A stretch of DNA of 64,000 nucleotides, taken from Azolla caroliniana (taxonomy: Eukaryota > Plantae > Polypodiophyta). Position 1 is the first letter of the stretch. Each line of letters opens with the position of its first letter. The translations under genes were made by a program, and so were the position numbers. The notes under the pieces were generated by a model. It saw only the letters and a program-made list of their open reading frames with translations, did not search any database and was not told the origin of the DNA. Where the stretch lies: the NCBI GenBank assembly GCA_043228905.1, contig JBHGNT010000004.1:15748001-15812000 (forward strand). The letters run 5' to 3'. This document shows positions 27,951 to 42,200 of the stretch, one piece after another.

Positions 27951-30900
27951 GTCCACTCTCCCATATTTTCCTTGCCGTAGCGTCTCCGGCATAATGTCCT
28001 CCAGCCACTCCGCAGTGTGCTTCGCGCAATATTATGTCCTTTTCATCGCTGCACACTGCACGCCGCCATATGCCATCTACGCCTTTGTGGTACAGTGTGT
28101 CCTGTAATAGACAAAAGTGCCAGCTTTGAACAACTAAGCGTTTCCTCTCGTCTCTGTTCATCTCCTCCAGAGGTAAGCTGGTGCTCAGAAATTGGTGCAT
28201 GTTGGTGAGCCACTTGTCTTCCTTTGCGACCGAACCATCCGTTTTTGTTTCTGTTGTGACTCTAAACAGTTCTGCATCCGGGAACTCGTCTGGGACCCCA
28301 TCACCAGTCTCGCCGGAATCTAACCGGCTCAAATAGTTTGCTACCGCATGTTGTATGCCGGGTCAGTGGAATATCTCAAACTCGAATTCTTGTAATAGTA
28401 ACGTCCACCGGGCCAGCTTACTGGTGAGTGATGCTTTGGACACCAAATAGAGGAGCGCCGAATGATCTACGTGAAAGGAAAATTTCCTTCCCAACAGATA
28501 GTGTCTAAACTTGGTGACATTGTAGCTCATATACCCAAGGCCTCCCTTTCCGTCTAAACAGATAGTGTCTAAACTTCCGGCTGGCATAATACACTGGACG
28601 GTACCACTTCGGTTCTGTAAGTTGCATAAACGCTCTCCCGATTGCGATGTCGGATGCGTCAACGAACACATGGAATCTCTTTAGACCAATCCGGAGGTTG
28701 CACCACCGGCGCTTGTCACAATAGTACTTTTAGTGCCCAGTAAGCCTTGTCTTCTGTGTCCGTCCATTGGAACAATGTCCGATGTACCGCAGCATGAAAT
28801 GGTGTAGTCAGGTCTGCCAGATACTGGAGCATTCGGCTATTGCACCGAATTTGTCCTAAGAACCGGCTTAATGTCTTTGCAGTGGTTGGTGCCGGTGCCT
28901 CCAAAATAGCTTTGACCTTGTCCAGATTCCCTGCAATACCATCCTTGCTCACGATGTGGCGAAGTAACACTCCGCTGGACACTCCGAACACGCATTTTGC
29001 CGGGTAAAGGCTTAGCCGGTAAACCCTACATTTCTCCAAACATAGTCGGAGGTGCTGAAGGTGATCCCCTTCCCGGCTATAAATAGCGAAGTCGTCCAAG
29101 AACATCTGCATGAATGCCGGAATGAATTCTCTGAAAATCTCCATGATGATCCGCTGGAAGGTTGCTGGCGCCGTTTTCAGTCTGAACATCATAACTACGG
29201 CAACAAAGACTCCCCATTCGGTAACAAAAGTGGTTTTCTCCTGGTCGTCGGGGTGCATCCGGACCTGATTATAGCCGCTGAAACCGTCCAGAAAACTGTA
29301 CAGCTCATGACCGGCGACCACATCCAAGACTCCATCCATGAATGGAAGTGGGAAGGTGTCTGTTACCATAGTCGCATTCAATTTCCGGTAGTCGACGCAA
29401 ACTCTTATCTTACCATTCTTTTTCAGTACTATGACTATCAGACTGAGCCATGTGGCTTTCTTTACCGGTTGGATGAAGCCAACCCTTAGCAACTTGTCGA
29501 TTTCTTCTTTGACTTTTGTTGCGTAATTCGGGTTCATCCGGTAACTTCGTTGCGCTACCGGTTTGGCGTCTTTACTCAGATGTATCTGGTGTTGATACAA
29601 CTGAGGATCGAGTCCCCGCATGTCCTCATAGGACTAGGCAAACACATCGCGAAATTCTTTTAGGAGTGTGATCATTGCCGTTTTCTTCTCCGGGGTCATT
29701 TCCTTGGTGATGTGAACCGGTCTTGCGTCCTCTGTGGTACCTAGGTTTACCCCTTCTAGTTGGGATTCTTTTACGCGCTGTGACACTGCCATTTCTCTTT
29801 CCAATGCCTCCTGTGCTTGCCGTAACTCCCGGATCTCTTCTTTATCCAGTTCCTCGTCTGTCCCGTCTGGTTGCAGTATGTACAGTGATACTGCTTCGGC
29901 TACATCAATTTTGAACAACGGTACGATCTTCGGATTTTCCTATAAGTATTGATCGACCTCTTCGTTCGCCAATCCTTCCAGCATGTTGACACATTCCACA
30001 TATAGCGGTGTCAATTCCTTACTGGTACTCGACCGTGGTTGACTCGGTACTCGCACTTTCGCTTTTCCACGTCGGAACGTAATTATATTCTTCGTCCAGT
30101 TTTGCTTGATGTGTGTTGTTTTTAACCAAGGGCGTCCCAACAATAGTGGGTAAGCTCCTTGAGCCTGTAGCTGGAGAACTACTGCCGAAATGAGAAATGT
30201 GTGACCCCCGATGGTCACTTCGAGATCACGTATTAATCCAGTCGGCCGTACTGAGCTTGTGTCCGCCATCCGAAGCCAAAACGGGGATGGTTCCTAGTCA
30301 TGGATTCCTACAGTGTTACACGTTCGGAGGCTGATCACGTTCACGCCGGATCCTCCATTGATAATCGTGCCGGGTAGCTCTTTTCCTTTCACGATGGCTG
30401 TGATTGCTAGACTGCTCGTGTCTACTACCGCCGGTCCTTCCTTCGGATTCGAAAAGAAAGCCGGAGCTAGTGGTGTGTCGGCTGTCGTCCTTCCTGTCTT
30501 TAGTCCTTCCGTGAAGCGTGGTACCAGTTGCAATAGCGGGCGTAACAACAACATTATTTGGCATTCTTGTAACGCCTGCCATGTTGGGTTTTCAGGCTGC
30601 CCTATGCCGGTGAGCTCTTCGGCATTCTTCTTTTGTTGTTCGAGCTCTGCCACATTCTACTCATTTGCCTTCTTCACCCATTCGGTTGCCTGCTTCCGGA
30701 TGGCTTCTTGAGTTTCCCACTCCGTGGCTTTGCCTTTTGATCTTGTAGTGACTTGTTGTAAGTCTGCGACTTCCGCATCTACCATGTTCACCGTTGGTCG
30801 CTTGTTGTAGCTCTTCGCCGAACATTGGTTACTATAGTGGCCTTCCTGCCGGCAATAATAGCCGGACGCCTTCCGGGTGTAGTTGGATTTAGTGTTTGTG

Positions 30901-32844
30901 CCCGCACCCGGTTGAGGTCTTGTGGTAAGTGCTTGGTTTTTGTCCGGTTGGCTGCTTGGAGCGCCCTTTTCCGGTTCTCGTGGATGACCCCCCTTTTTGT
31001 TGAAATGATGTTTCTTGTTGAAATTCTTTTTGTTTCGGTAACCTTGACGGGGCTAGTTGTCATACTTGCAATAGTCATCCCGTCGTTGGTTGTAACCAGG
31101 GGAGTGATCCCGGTTGTATCTCTCGTACCGTCCATTATAGTCCCGGTATCTATCCTGTCTGGTATACTGGTCATAAGCGTCTCTTCGATCGTTGTACCGG
31201 ACATCTTGTGCCGGCCAGTAGCGCTCCTCTCGCTGCCAGCGTGCTTCTTCTTCCTCCCGGTTGCTTCGTGGTTCAATTTGCCGGACCGGTGGTGCTTGCC
31301 GATTTAACAAGTTATACTCACACCATTCCATTGTGTGACTTCGGGAGTGGTAGAGCAAGCATTGGGAACTCATGGTGCATTCCAACGCCGAATGTCCGGC
31401 ATTCAGGCATGTTGTACATTGAATTGCTTGCCGAAAGCGGAGGTCCTCATCTGTTAGTAGTGCACGCTGAAGTGCGCCCATGGTTAGCCATGAACTTGAT
31501 TTTTCCATTTCCCGAACTCGGTCGATCACTTGATCTATGTTGCTGGTCCGGAAATCAATGACGATGCACGCCGTTCTTAAGGGTTCCCGGAGTGTTGCTA
31601 AGAATATGGCCTTTGTTTCTTCCTCTGGAGGTGCCCGGCTGAGCTGACTGTGGATCCGCTGGAACCGGATGACAAACTGTTGAATGTTCTCCTTTGGTTC
31701 CTGCCGGATAATGTAAAAGAGGCCTACCATTTCCCGTTGGTCCATCTCCTTTTGAAAGAAATGCAAGAATTTCGTCTTTAATGCTTCAAACGTGGGGATG
31801 GTGCTGGGATCTTGTGTTCGGTGCCATCTGGCGGCCGGTCCCTCCAGATTCATGCCGACCTTTGCCATTTTTGAGCGTTCCTCTTCGGCCGCATTTAAGC
31901 GTTGGGACACATGGTTTGCCTCCCAGGTCTGCTGAAACACATGGACGTGGGCTTCCGCGTTCGGATCATCCCGGTATCTCGGATATTGGAACGGCATATC
32001 GTCGTCTGGTGTTGATACGTGGGCTGGTGGTATCGGTGGTCTTTCCTCCTCTATCGGCGTCGGAGGTCTTGCCCGCTCCTCTATCGGCGTCAGAGGTCTT
32101 TCATGTTCCTCTTTCGGTGTTGGAGGCCTCTCCTCGACTTCTAGTGTCGGAGGTCTCTCTTCCTCGACTTCTGGTTCCGGAGTGTGCTCGACTTCCGGTG
32201 CTAGAGGTTCCAGCCTTGTCAATTCTGGTTCCGGTGTCGGCAAGGTATTCGACTCCTCGTCCTCCAGTCCATTTGGGGTGTCGTTACTGCTGCGGTAGTT
32301 CGTATGTGTGTTGTATTCCCCTTCCGAATCCGATTCAAAAGCCGAAAATGCTTCGGATTCGCCTTCGCCCACTGCCAATGCCTGGAGAAGGGATTCCGCT
32401 TCCCGAAGCCTGCTTAGGCTGCTTCCTTCATTCGGGTAGTCGTTTTGTTGTGAACGAAGTGACTCCTTGGCCACTCTCCGGATCACCTTGGAAAATGAGC
32501 GATCCACTCTGATACCTTCTACTACTTGCTGGAAAGCCTCTCGCTTCCTCAGCCATTCAGCAAGTCTCCTTGCTCACTCCGCAACCGGGTCGTTCGTTGG
32601 TCTAGTCATCCATTCCCGTCGTTGTTCGTTGCGATTGTGCAGGAATCGTGGTCGCCAAAAACTATGTTATTCCTTAGGGCCGGACAATGGCCTAACACAG
32701 GGTGTCTAAAGAAGACACTTCACCAAAGGGGTGCTACGGCGAGATAACTTAAGACTCAACGATTAATCAGGCTTTAATTGGTTACTTAGCAATATGGCAT
32801 TAGACTAGATACACGTGTATGATAGAACAATTAGCACAGAACGA

Positions 32845-33481
32845 TGTCGCGAAGATGCACGTGCGAGCATGCTTTGCTTGAGCGGGACCACCGGGGTCTT
32901 GGACCAAGGAGGATGTCCGTCAACGTATTGAGAAGAGGACGATGTGAATGTAAGATTGGAGGAAGACCTATTACACTTGAGAAGATTGAAGATTGTACAC
33001 TTGAGAAGTAGATAAATCATTACAAGATAGATGCGAAGAAGAAGAAATAGAAGCTTATATTATTGATGGTGATGATGATCGTGATATCATATTGAGCCCC
33101 CCCCCTTTACACAAGTCGTACTAGGGGTTTTATAGGTTTGTCCATGCACAAAACCATGGGCTTGGAGCCATGGTTTCTGTGCACACAGTTTTGGTTTGTG
33201 ACATGCAGGAAACCATAGTTTTGTTCGTTTGTTTCCTACAGAATACTAAATATGAGAAAGAAATATAGAACATCTAAAGCACTTAGTAGTAGCTTTAGTG
33301 GTAAGGTAATTGCCTCTTATCTTAGAGGCGCAAGGTCAAAATCCTACTTGCAACCCTCTACATGCACTGAATGCCATTGTGACCTAGGTTTATTTATTTT
33401 CATTTTTACAAGTTTTCGTGAAATGTGTGTGGATCCTCAATTTTTGAACTTTTCTCGCACTAGACATGCCACATCACGACA
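32845..33481 (-). mobile_element. Solo LTR (TGTCG..CGACA family), 4-bp TSD
   Basis: TSD ACGA/ACGG; the uninterrupted site is visible in the sister LTR at ~20735; close homologue of 60261-60877. Confidence 0.9.
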
Positions 33482-34305
33482 ACGGTAATCAACACTTAAA
33501 GATAAAACAAAGAGCTCTATTAATTATCCGTCAAAGTTTTACATTGTAACCGGGCCTTTATATAGATCATCGGTGCTAAGTACAAAACGGTGCCAACCGG
33601 CACCTGTTCGAAACTGGTCTGGATTCGGATCGGCATACCGATTCCGGTCCGTCCGTTCACGTGTCATAAACTACTTAATTATAATACATTCTGAATATAC
33701 TATCCCTTTCTCATTCTGGTCTTTAACTCCTTTGCCGGCCGGGTAATATCGGCATGAGAATTCTTTACGAATGCCTTCACCTTGGAGGTAGGAGGTGAAC
33801 TCGTCGGAGAAGTACTCCTTTCCTCCGTCCGATCGTAGGCATAGAATGTGCCGACTGGTTTCTTTCTCCACTTGGCTTTTGAGCCTGTGAAAGTGAGAGA
33901 GCACTTCGCTCTTCTTCTTCATCGGGTATATCCACGCGAAGCGCGAGTGGTAATCAATGAAGGTGACGTAGTAGCGGCATCTGTCGAGCGTCGGCGTTTG
34001 AGCCGGTCCCCATATGTCCGAGTGGATTATGTCAAGGAAGCCTTTGCTTGCGGAGCTCTCCTTCGGGAATGGGAGTCGATATTGTTTGCTGAGTTGGCAT
34101 GCTTCGCACACTCGATCGACTCATTTCGATTCGAAGGCCGGAAGTTCGATTACGATTCCCTTTGATTGCATTCCGCGAAGCTGTTGGAGGTTTACATGGC
34201 CAATTTGCTTGTGCCATGACTCGATGTTTGTCTCGGTCTTGAGACCTTTGGCGTACATGGCCGATTTTACCTCGTTTGAGTCGAGGATGAACAAGCGACC
34301 GTCTT

Positions 34306-35019
34306 TGACAAGAACTACACGCTCCCTATGCGCAACACTTGGCCACAACCGAGCTTAGAATCATACACAGAAAAAGGGGTAATGAATGCACGACACAATG
34401 GAGAGAAGAGTACACAGGATGTTTACGTGAAAAACCCAAACACGGGAAAAACCACGGTAGTCCACAGACTGCTAACTATCACTATGTAACAATATACAAT
34501 AGATGAACACAGAGGCAACGACCTCTTGTTCATTGTCTTCGCCACAGGCGGCGGTTACAACAGAGATACGAACTCTTCGTCTCTTTATCTCTCTCTCTCT
34601 CTCTCTGTACACTGTTGCGCTCTAATCTTGCGCAAAAAAGAATGACAACAACATACTAAGTTTGCCCTAAGTCATATTTATACTAATATGACTTTTCGGC
34701 TATTTACAAATATAGCCCCGTTGGACCCTTAGAAACATATTTACGAATATGTCCCTTCATCCGGTGAGCACTCCTCACCGGGCCTGCATCATCCGGCGCT
34801 TGCCGGGCACTCGTCATCCGGTTCTCACCGGGTCTTCTGTTGCCAGGAACTCGTCATCCGGTTCTCATCGGGTCTTCCGTTGCCGGGTACTCCACATCCG
34901 GTTCTCACCAGGTCTTCCGTTGCCGGGTACTCCACATCCGGTTTCCCATCCGGAGGGACCTGTTTGCTCATCAGTACTGTTCTTCTCACTTCCCATCCGG
35001 AGGGACCTGTTTCCTAACA
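34306..35019 (-). mobile_element. Solo LTR, Tork-like, with internal ~39-bp repeats (34760-35010)
   Basis: TSD GTCTT/GTCTC; similar to the LTR at 61373-61935. Confidence 0.85.
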
Positions 35020-35240
35020 GTCTCTTTGTCCCTTGGCTATGAGTTGGTTGTCTTTCTTAATGAAGCAACCTTCATTGTTGAAGCGGACTTGCATGCCTTG
35101 CTCCACGATTTGGCCGACCGAGACCAAATTCTTTGTTATTGTGGGCACGTGCAAGACCTTTTTGATGCAGGTTTGCTCACCTTCTTTCCCGAATGGGACA
35201 TTGCCGATGTGCCGAATGGGATGCGGAGTGTCGTCTCCGA

Positions 35241-38200
35241 TGTCGCGTTGTTACGAGCATATGTGTAGACCGGTGCGGTGCGACCGGTGCGTCCGGTTGA
35301 ACCGGGTCTTGTTCCGCTCCCTCGCCGCTCGCAGCTTTTCCTTCGCCTGTATCACGTCCTCCGGCCTCCGCTCGAGTTGCCGAATCCGCGCCGCCAGCAA
35401 ATCCTCCCGGCTCATTTCGTCCTTCCAATCTACCACCGCCCACGAAGAAACCGTCCGTTCCACGAGCATGATCGGCTTTTGTCCGTACATTAGCTCCGTC
35501 GGCATAAACCCTGTCACCGAACTGTGCGTAGTCTGGTCCGCCCATACCTCGTAAGGAAGGAGTCGCGGCCAATTCCCGACCTGCCCACCGCATGCACGCA
35601 CTAACGCCATCGGTCACGGATCTCCGCAGATTCTTGGGGTCATGCGCGTTCTACCACATATGGATCCCGCACTACGCACATGTCACGGAACCCCTCTACG
35701 GACTATTGAAAAAGGGGCGTAGCTTTGAGTGGAGGACGGAGCACATGGAGTCGGTTCGGAGACTAAAGGAGGCGCTTACGACAACGCCGGCTCTCCGTAA
35801 AGCGGTTTACGGCAAGGATGTTCCCATCTGCGTAACGGTGGACACGAACCTGACAGGCATCGGGTGGGTAATCAATCAGGAGGACAAGGGCGGCGTACGA
35901 TTCCCGATCCGGTTCGGGGCAAAGGTATTGAGCGAGCGGCAGCGAGGGTACGGCCAAGTTAAGCGCGAACTTTGGGGTGTCGTTTCGGCAGTCAAGGCCG
36001 ACAAGGATTATCTGATCGGGACGGAGGTGATTATCGAGACGGACTGCCTGCCGATACTCAGCATGGTTTCCGGATGCGCAACGCCGGACCTAGCAATGCT
36101 CCGGTGGATAGCGTACATTAAGTCCTTCAACCCGGAGATACGGCACATCTCCAGAAAGGACAACGCCATGGCCGACATGCTTTCGAGGGCAAGGTTCAAC
36201 GACGAAGACGGCATGGTTTCGGAGGACGAAGAAGTTGGCGAGGACTTCTTCGGGTCAGCTAACGTAACGACAAGAAGGAAAGGGAACACTCCGGTGCTTA
36301 ACGAATTTGACGAAAGCAGGTACGACGGGGAGTGGCTCCAAATCGGGAGGTTCCTACGGACGATGACGCCGGACACAGCATGGGCGAGAGAGGAGGCGAG
36401 CCGTATACGGAGGAAGGCATATCGATTCTTCCTGCGGGACGGGTGCATATGGAAACACCCAAAGAAGAGAAGCGGCATCCCACTCCGAGTAGTGGCAAAG
36501 AAAGAAGAACAGGGGAAACTACTGGCGGCATTCCACGAGAGCCCATGGGCCGGACACCGCGGAACGTGGGCCACGTTCGAGAAGTTGAAGGAGAAGTACT
36601 GGTGCCGGGGCTATACCAGGACGTGCATCGGTTCGTAACGACTTGCGAAAGATGTCGGGTGCACTCCGTGGTCCGACACCGGGACGAGCTACACCCGACC
36701 TACCTGCCTACGGTTCATTTCAAGTGGATGGTGGACTTGGTGACAATGCCGATGGGGGTAGGACAGATGCGATACCTGGTGGAAGACTTAACGAACCAGG
36801 TGGAAGGCCGTGCATGGCAAAGCAAGACAACTATGGCGGTATGCCGGTTCCTGATCGAAGAAGTAGTGTGACAGTACAGGTGCGTCGGGAGGATCGTGGC
36901 GAACCGGGGAGAGCTGGATGCGCGGGAGGCCGAGGAGCTGTTCGACCGGCTAGGCGTCAAACTCTCCCTCACCACGGCATACAATCCAGAGGCGAACGGA
37001 AAGGTGGAACGTGGGCACGGACAGATTCCCCAGGACCGGCCCCGACCCCGACGTGCTTCCGTCGCTCCAATCGCGCCGTTTGTCGAAACGGCTGCAAACC
37101 TGTTTTACCACGACTCAGTCCGTCGTGAGCCCTTCGTCCGTTTCCAATAGGTGCCCCAGCTTTTCCCTGTCGAGCGCATCCACCGACTTGACAAAGAGCA
37201 GTACTCGATTTGTTTCGAGCACCGTCCGGTCCAGCGTCGACAGCCACGCGAACCGTTTTTCGAACTCCTGGAGGAGCACCGACGTGTTCCTCCCTTTTCC
37301 GGGGCTTTCCACCCACGCCATGAAGTCCCGCCTCGACAGCCGGAGCGAGTCGTCAAACCCGTACTTCTGGAGGAGCTGCAGCTCGAACTCCTCCCAAGTC
37401 TGGCATCCGGCGAGCACCTCGAGCACCTCCGCATGGATGCCCGGCGTCACCACCCGAGGGAATCCGGACAACCGCCTGTCCACCGGGATATCCCTCATGA
37501 TCATTTCGGCCCGGTAAGCCTCCAAATAACTTGTGGCATCTTTCCCTCTAAAACGGCCTATAGAGCCGACGATCGATTCAATGGCTCTATCGAGGGTACC
37601 CGTTCCCTCACGAGCGCTCACCAGCGGGTTGACAGCCACCGCCATTGCCTCTGCTAGCTCCGATCCCCCCATCTTTCGACTCCTTTGCCGCCCTTTCACG
37701 TCGGGTTCACCAAAGATGTCGTGTTGTTACGCGCGTACGTGTAGAAAGGGGCGGGACCACAGGGGTCCTGGACCGAGGAGCGAGAGAGAGAGAGACAGAG
37801 AGAGAGATTCACCGACACGTAGAAGCGAGAAAAGAGATATAGAACGTAACACCTAATTATAATGGCAAGAGATTACAACTCCGATAGTTACAACCGACAA
37901 AGCGGCGACGGACCCGACACGGGGACCCTACTCACGCACACCGACGACAGCCACACGACTCAAAGAAAACAAAGGGGGAAAGGGAGCGACACTGCTGGAA
38001 GCACACGGGTTGTCCACGAAGTAGAGGCAGCGACCTCCCGACACCCGCAGAGAGCAACGATCCCAGTCGAAGAGATAAAGCTCCGCCTTCCATTTTGCAG
38101 CCACGCTTTCCCTCCTCCTCGCGCGCGATACCCGTTTTTCCTTGCCCTCTTCCCTTTATTCCCTGTCCCTCTGCCCGGGATACGCACAATCCCCCCCTAA

Positions 38201-38331
38201 TAAATGCGTGCAGCTTAGTATTTACATCCACCGGTTCGTGTACAAAATATCAAGTCACGCGTCCATCTGTGTAAGGGCCGGTTTACGCGATTTCTCTCTG
38301 ATTCCGCCTATGGCCGGTTTTCTTCACGACA
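35241..38331 (-). mobile_element. Rearranged Gypsy element: 5' LTR 37717-38331, tRNA-Trp-type PBS, partial gag, inverted RH-INT block, 29-bp remnant of the 3' LTR
   Basis: TSD CCGA/CCGG; PBS TGGTGAACCCGACGTGAA at 37712-37695; gag on minus 37699-37035; RH/INT on plus ~35611-37030; INT continuation on minus 35610-35270. Confidence 0.88.
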
Positions 38332-39256
38332 CCGGTCTCTATGTAGGCGTTCGCAAGTCACGAAACCACTCTTGGTGCGACGTCGTGTGGTGCGAGGCGC
38401 CGGAGTCTACGAACCATGCGTGTTTGGAGTTGGAGGTGCTTGCGGAGTTTGCGGGATCGGAGGCCATCATAGAGTTCGCCCTATGCCTCATCACAAAGAG
38501 TCCGTTGTAGTCCGCGTATACTGCATTCGCGGCGTAATTTGTGAGTTGCCGGCTTGTTGAAGCCAACTCGCTTCGTCTTTTTCGACAATCCTCTTCACAA
38601 TGGCCGATTTTGCCGCAATAGTTGCACGTAGGTGGGGTTGTTCGCCGACCTTGTTCGGCGTGTAAGCTCCCCCTTCTTGTGAAGGTTCCTCGATGGCTTC
38701 CGTTCCCTTGCTGAAATTGTGAATTCCCTTCGTGGGATAGGTCAAATTGACCTCTTCCGCTTTGACCTCGTCTATGGGCACCATCCGTATCGGAGAAGAG
38801 CATTTTTCCTTCCAATGTGTTGGTCTTTGATTGAACGTGGTTTTCTTCGACCAATAGCATTGATTGGAGGTTGAATAACGAGGGAGGGGTATCTCTCGCC
38901 AAGATTGCCGTTCTCAACGGGTTGAATCGTTATGCGAGGCCGCCCAAGCATACTTGCACCATCTCGTCTTCGTCGATGTTGACGTTGATGGAGCCAAGAG
39001 AGTCGCAAATGCTCTTGATCTTGGCGGTGTAGTCTGTCACGGACATTTCCTTTTGTCGTATGTTGTTCAACTCTTGCCGGAGTTGAAGCTTGCGCGCAGA
39101 TGTGTCCGTGGCGAAAATCTTCTTGAGATTTTCCCACGCCTCTTTGGGCGTCTTGGTGTCACGAATGTGGCTAAGCATCTGGTCGTTTACACATGTTGCC
39201 AAGAAATACATTACCCGACCCGCGCCTTGCTCCCACGTTGGGTAGTTGGCGTGTGT

Positions 39257-42200
39257 GATTTTGGGTTTGTTTTCTTGTGCACCGTTAATGTAGCTCCAAT
39301 ACCCTTGGCCGACAAGGTATTGATTCATCTTGTACTCCCAAGATGAATAGTTTCTTTGGTCTAGCTTTTCGCTAGGGAGTGAGCTTCCCATTTGTGTGTT
39401 CATGTTGATTGTTGTGTCTTCCATTTTGTTTTTCTTCTCTTGGTCGCGTACACGTCCTTTGTAGCGGCACTACAGTAGCAGATAGCGAATAGCCGGGATT
39501 TATCGTCGGCGTCTCGAACACACAATCACGAGATTTTGGGTTTGTTTTCTTGTGCACCGTTAATGTAGCTCCAATACCCTTGGCCGACAAGGTATTGATT
39601 CATCTTGTACTCCCAAGATGAATAGTTTCTTTGGTCTAGCTTTTCGCTAGGGAGTGAGCTTCCCATTTGTGTGTTCATGTTGATTGTTGTGTCTTCCATT
39701 TTGTTTTTCTTCTCTTGGTCGCGTACACGTCCTTTGTAGCGGCACTACAGTAGCAGATAGCGAATAGCCGGGATTTATCGTCGGCGTCTCGAACACACAA
39801 TCACGAGATTTTGGGTTTGTTTTCTTGTGCACCGTTAATGTAGCTCCAATACCCTTGGCCGACAAGGTATTGATTCATCTTGTACTCCCAAGATGAATAG
39901 TTTCTTTGGTCTAGCTTTTCGCTAGGGAGTGAGCTTCCCATTTGTGTGTTCATGTTGATTGTTGTGTCTTCCATTTTGTTTTTCTTCTCTTGGTCGCGTA
40001 CACGTCCTTTGTAGCGGCACTACAGTAGCAGATAGCGAATAGCCGGGATTTATCGTCGGCGTCTCGAACACACAATCACGAGATTTTGGGTTTGTTTTCT
40101 TGTGCACCGTTAATGTAGCTCCAATACCCTTGGCCGACAAGGTATTGATTCATCTTGTACTCCCAAGATGAATAGTTTCTTTGGTCTAGCTTTTCGCTAG
40201 GGAGTGAGCTTCCCATTTGTGTGTTCATGTTGATTGTTGTGTCTTCCATTTTGTTTTTCTTCTCTTGGTCGCGTACACGTCCTTTGTAGCGGCACTACAG
40301 TAGCAGATAGCGAATAGCCGGGATTTATCGTCGGCGTCTCGAACACACAATCACGAGATTTTGGGTTTGTTTTCTTGTGCACCGTTAATGTAGCTCCAAT
40401 ACCCTTGGCCGACAAGGTATTGATTCATCTTGTACTCCCAAGATGAATAGTTTCTTTGGTCTAGCTTTTCGCTAGGGAGTGAGCTTCCCATTTGTGTGTT
40501 CATGTTGATTGTTGTGTCTTCCATTTTGTTTTTCTTCTCTTGGTCGCGTACACGTCCTTTGTAGCGGCACTACAGTAGCAGATAGCGAATAGCCGGGATT
40601 TATCGTCGGCGTCTCGAACACACAATCACGAGATTTTGGGTTTGTTTTCTTGTGCACCGTTAATGTAGCTCCAATACCCTTGGCCGACAAGGTATTGATT
40701 CATCTTGTACTCCCAAGATGAATAGTTTCTTTGGTCTAGCTTTTCGCTAGGGAGTGAGCTTCCCATTTGTGTGTTCATGTTGATTGTTGTGTCTTCCATT
40801 TTGTTTTTCTTCTCTTGGTCGCGTACACGTCCTTTGTAGCGGCACTACAGTAGCAGATAGCGAATAGCCGGGATTTATCGTCGGCGTCTCGAACACACAA
40901 TCACGAGATTTTGGGTTTGTTTTCTTGTGCACCGTTAATGTAGCTCCAATACCCTTGGCCGACAAGGTATTGATTCATCTTGTACTCCCAAGATGAATAG
41001 TTTCTTTGGTCTAGCTTTTCGCTAGGGAGTGAGCTTCCCATTTGTGTGTTCATGTTGATTGTTGTGTCTTCCATTTTGTTTTTCTTCTCTTGGTCGCGTA
41101 CACGTCCTTTGTAGCGGCACTACAGTAGCAGATAGCGAATAGCCGGGATTTATCGTCGGCGTCTCGAACACACAATCACGAGATTTTGGGTTTGTTTTCT
41201 TGTGCACCGTTAATGTAGCTCCAATACCCTTGGCCGACAAGGTATTGATTCATCTTGTACTCCCAAGATGAATAGTTTCTTTGGTCTAGCTTTTCGCTAG
41301 GGAGTGAGCTTCCCATTTGTGTGTTCATGTTGATTGTTGTGTCTTCCATTTTGTTTTTCTTCTCTTGGTCGCGTACACGTCCTTTGTAGCGGCACTACAG
41401 TAGCAGATAGCGAATAGCCGGGATTTATCGTCGGCGTCTCGAACACACAATCACGAGATTTTGGGTTTGTTTTCTTGTGCACCGTTAATGTAGCTCCAAT
41501 ACCCTTGGCCGACAAGGTATTGATTCATCTTGTACTCCCAAGATGAATAGTTTCTTTGGTCTAGCTTTTCGCTAGGGAGTGAGCTTCCCATTTGTGTGTT
41601 CATGTTGATTGTTGTGTCTTCCATTTTGTTTTTCTTCTCTTGGTCGCGTACACGTCCTTTGTAGCGGCACTACAGTAGCAGATAGCGAATAGCCGGGATT
41701 TATCGTCGGCGTCTCGAACACACAATCACGAGATTTTGGGTTTGTTTTCTTGTGCACCGTTAATGTAGCTCCAATACCCTTGGCCGACAAGGTATTGATT
41801 CATCTTGTACTCCCAAGATGAATAGTTTCTTTGGTCTAGCTTTTCGCTAGGGAGTGAGCTTCCCATTTGTGTGTTCATGTTGATTGTTGTGTCTTCCATT
41901 TTGTTTTTCTTCTCTTGGTCGCGTACACGTCCTTTGTAGCGGCACTACAGTAGCAGATAGCGAATAGCCGGGATTTATCGTCGGCGTCTCGAACACACAA
42001 TCACGAGATTTTGGGTTTGTTTTCTTGTGCACCGTTAATGTAGCTCCAATACCCTTGGCCGACAAGGTATTGATTCATCTTGTACTCCCAAGATGAATAG
42101 TTTCTTTGGTCTAGCTTTTCGCTAGGGAGTGAGCTTCCCATTTGTGTGTTCATGTTGATTGTTGTGTCTTCCATTTTGTTTTTCTTCTCTTGGTCGCGTA

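Larger units (their letters stand above)
20561..33748 (-). mobile_element. Non-chromoviral Ty3/Gypsy element (Athila/Tat-like), decayed; LTRs 20561-20992 and 32665-33748
   Basis: TSD TCGGC at 20556-20560 and 33749-33753; gag from 32507, protease ~30400-29940, RT (RVCVDYRKLN, FLDDF) 29621-28716, RH, integrase (KWGLDF, PQANG); PBS-like TGGCGACCAC at 32657-32648. Confidence 0.92.
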
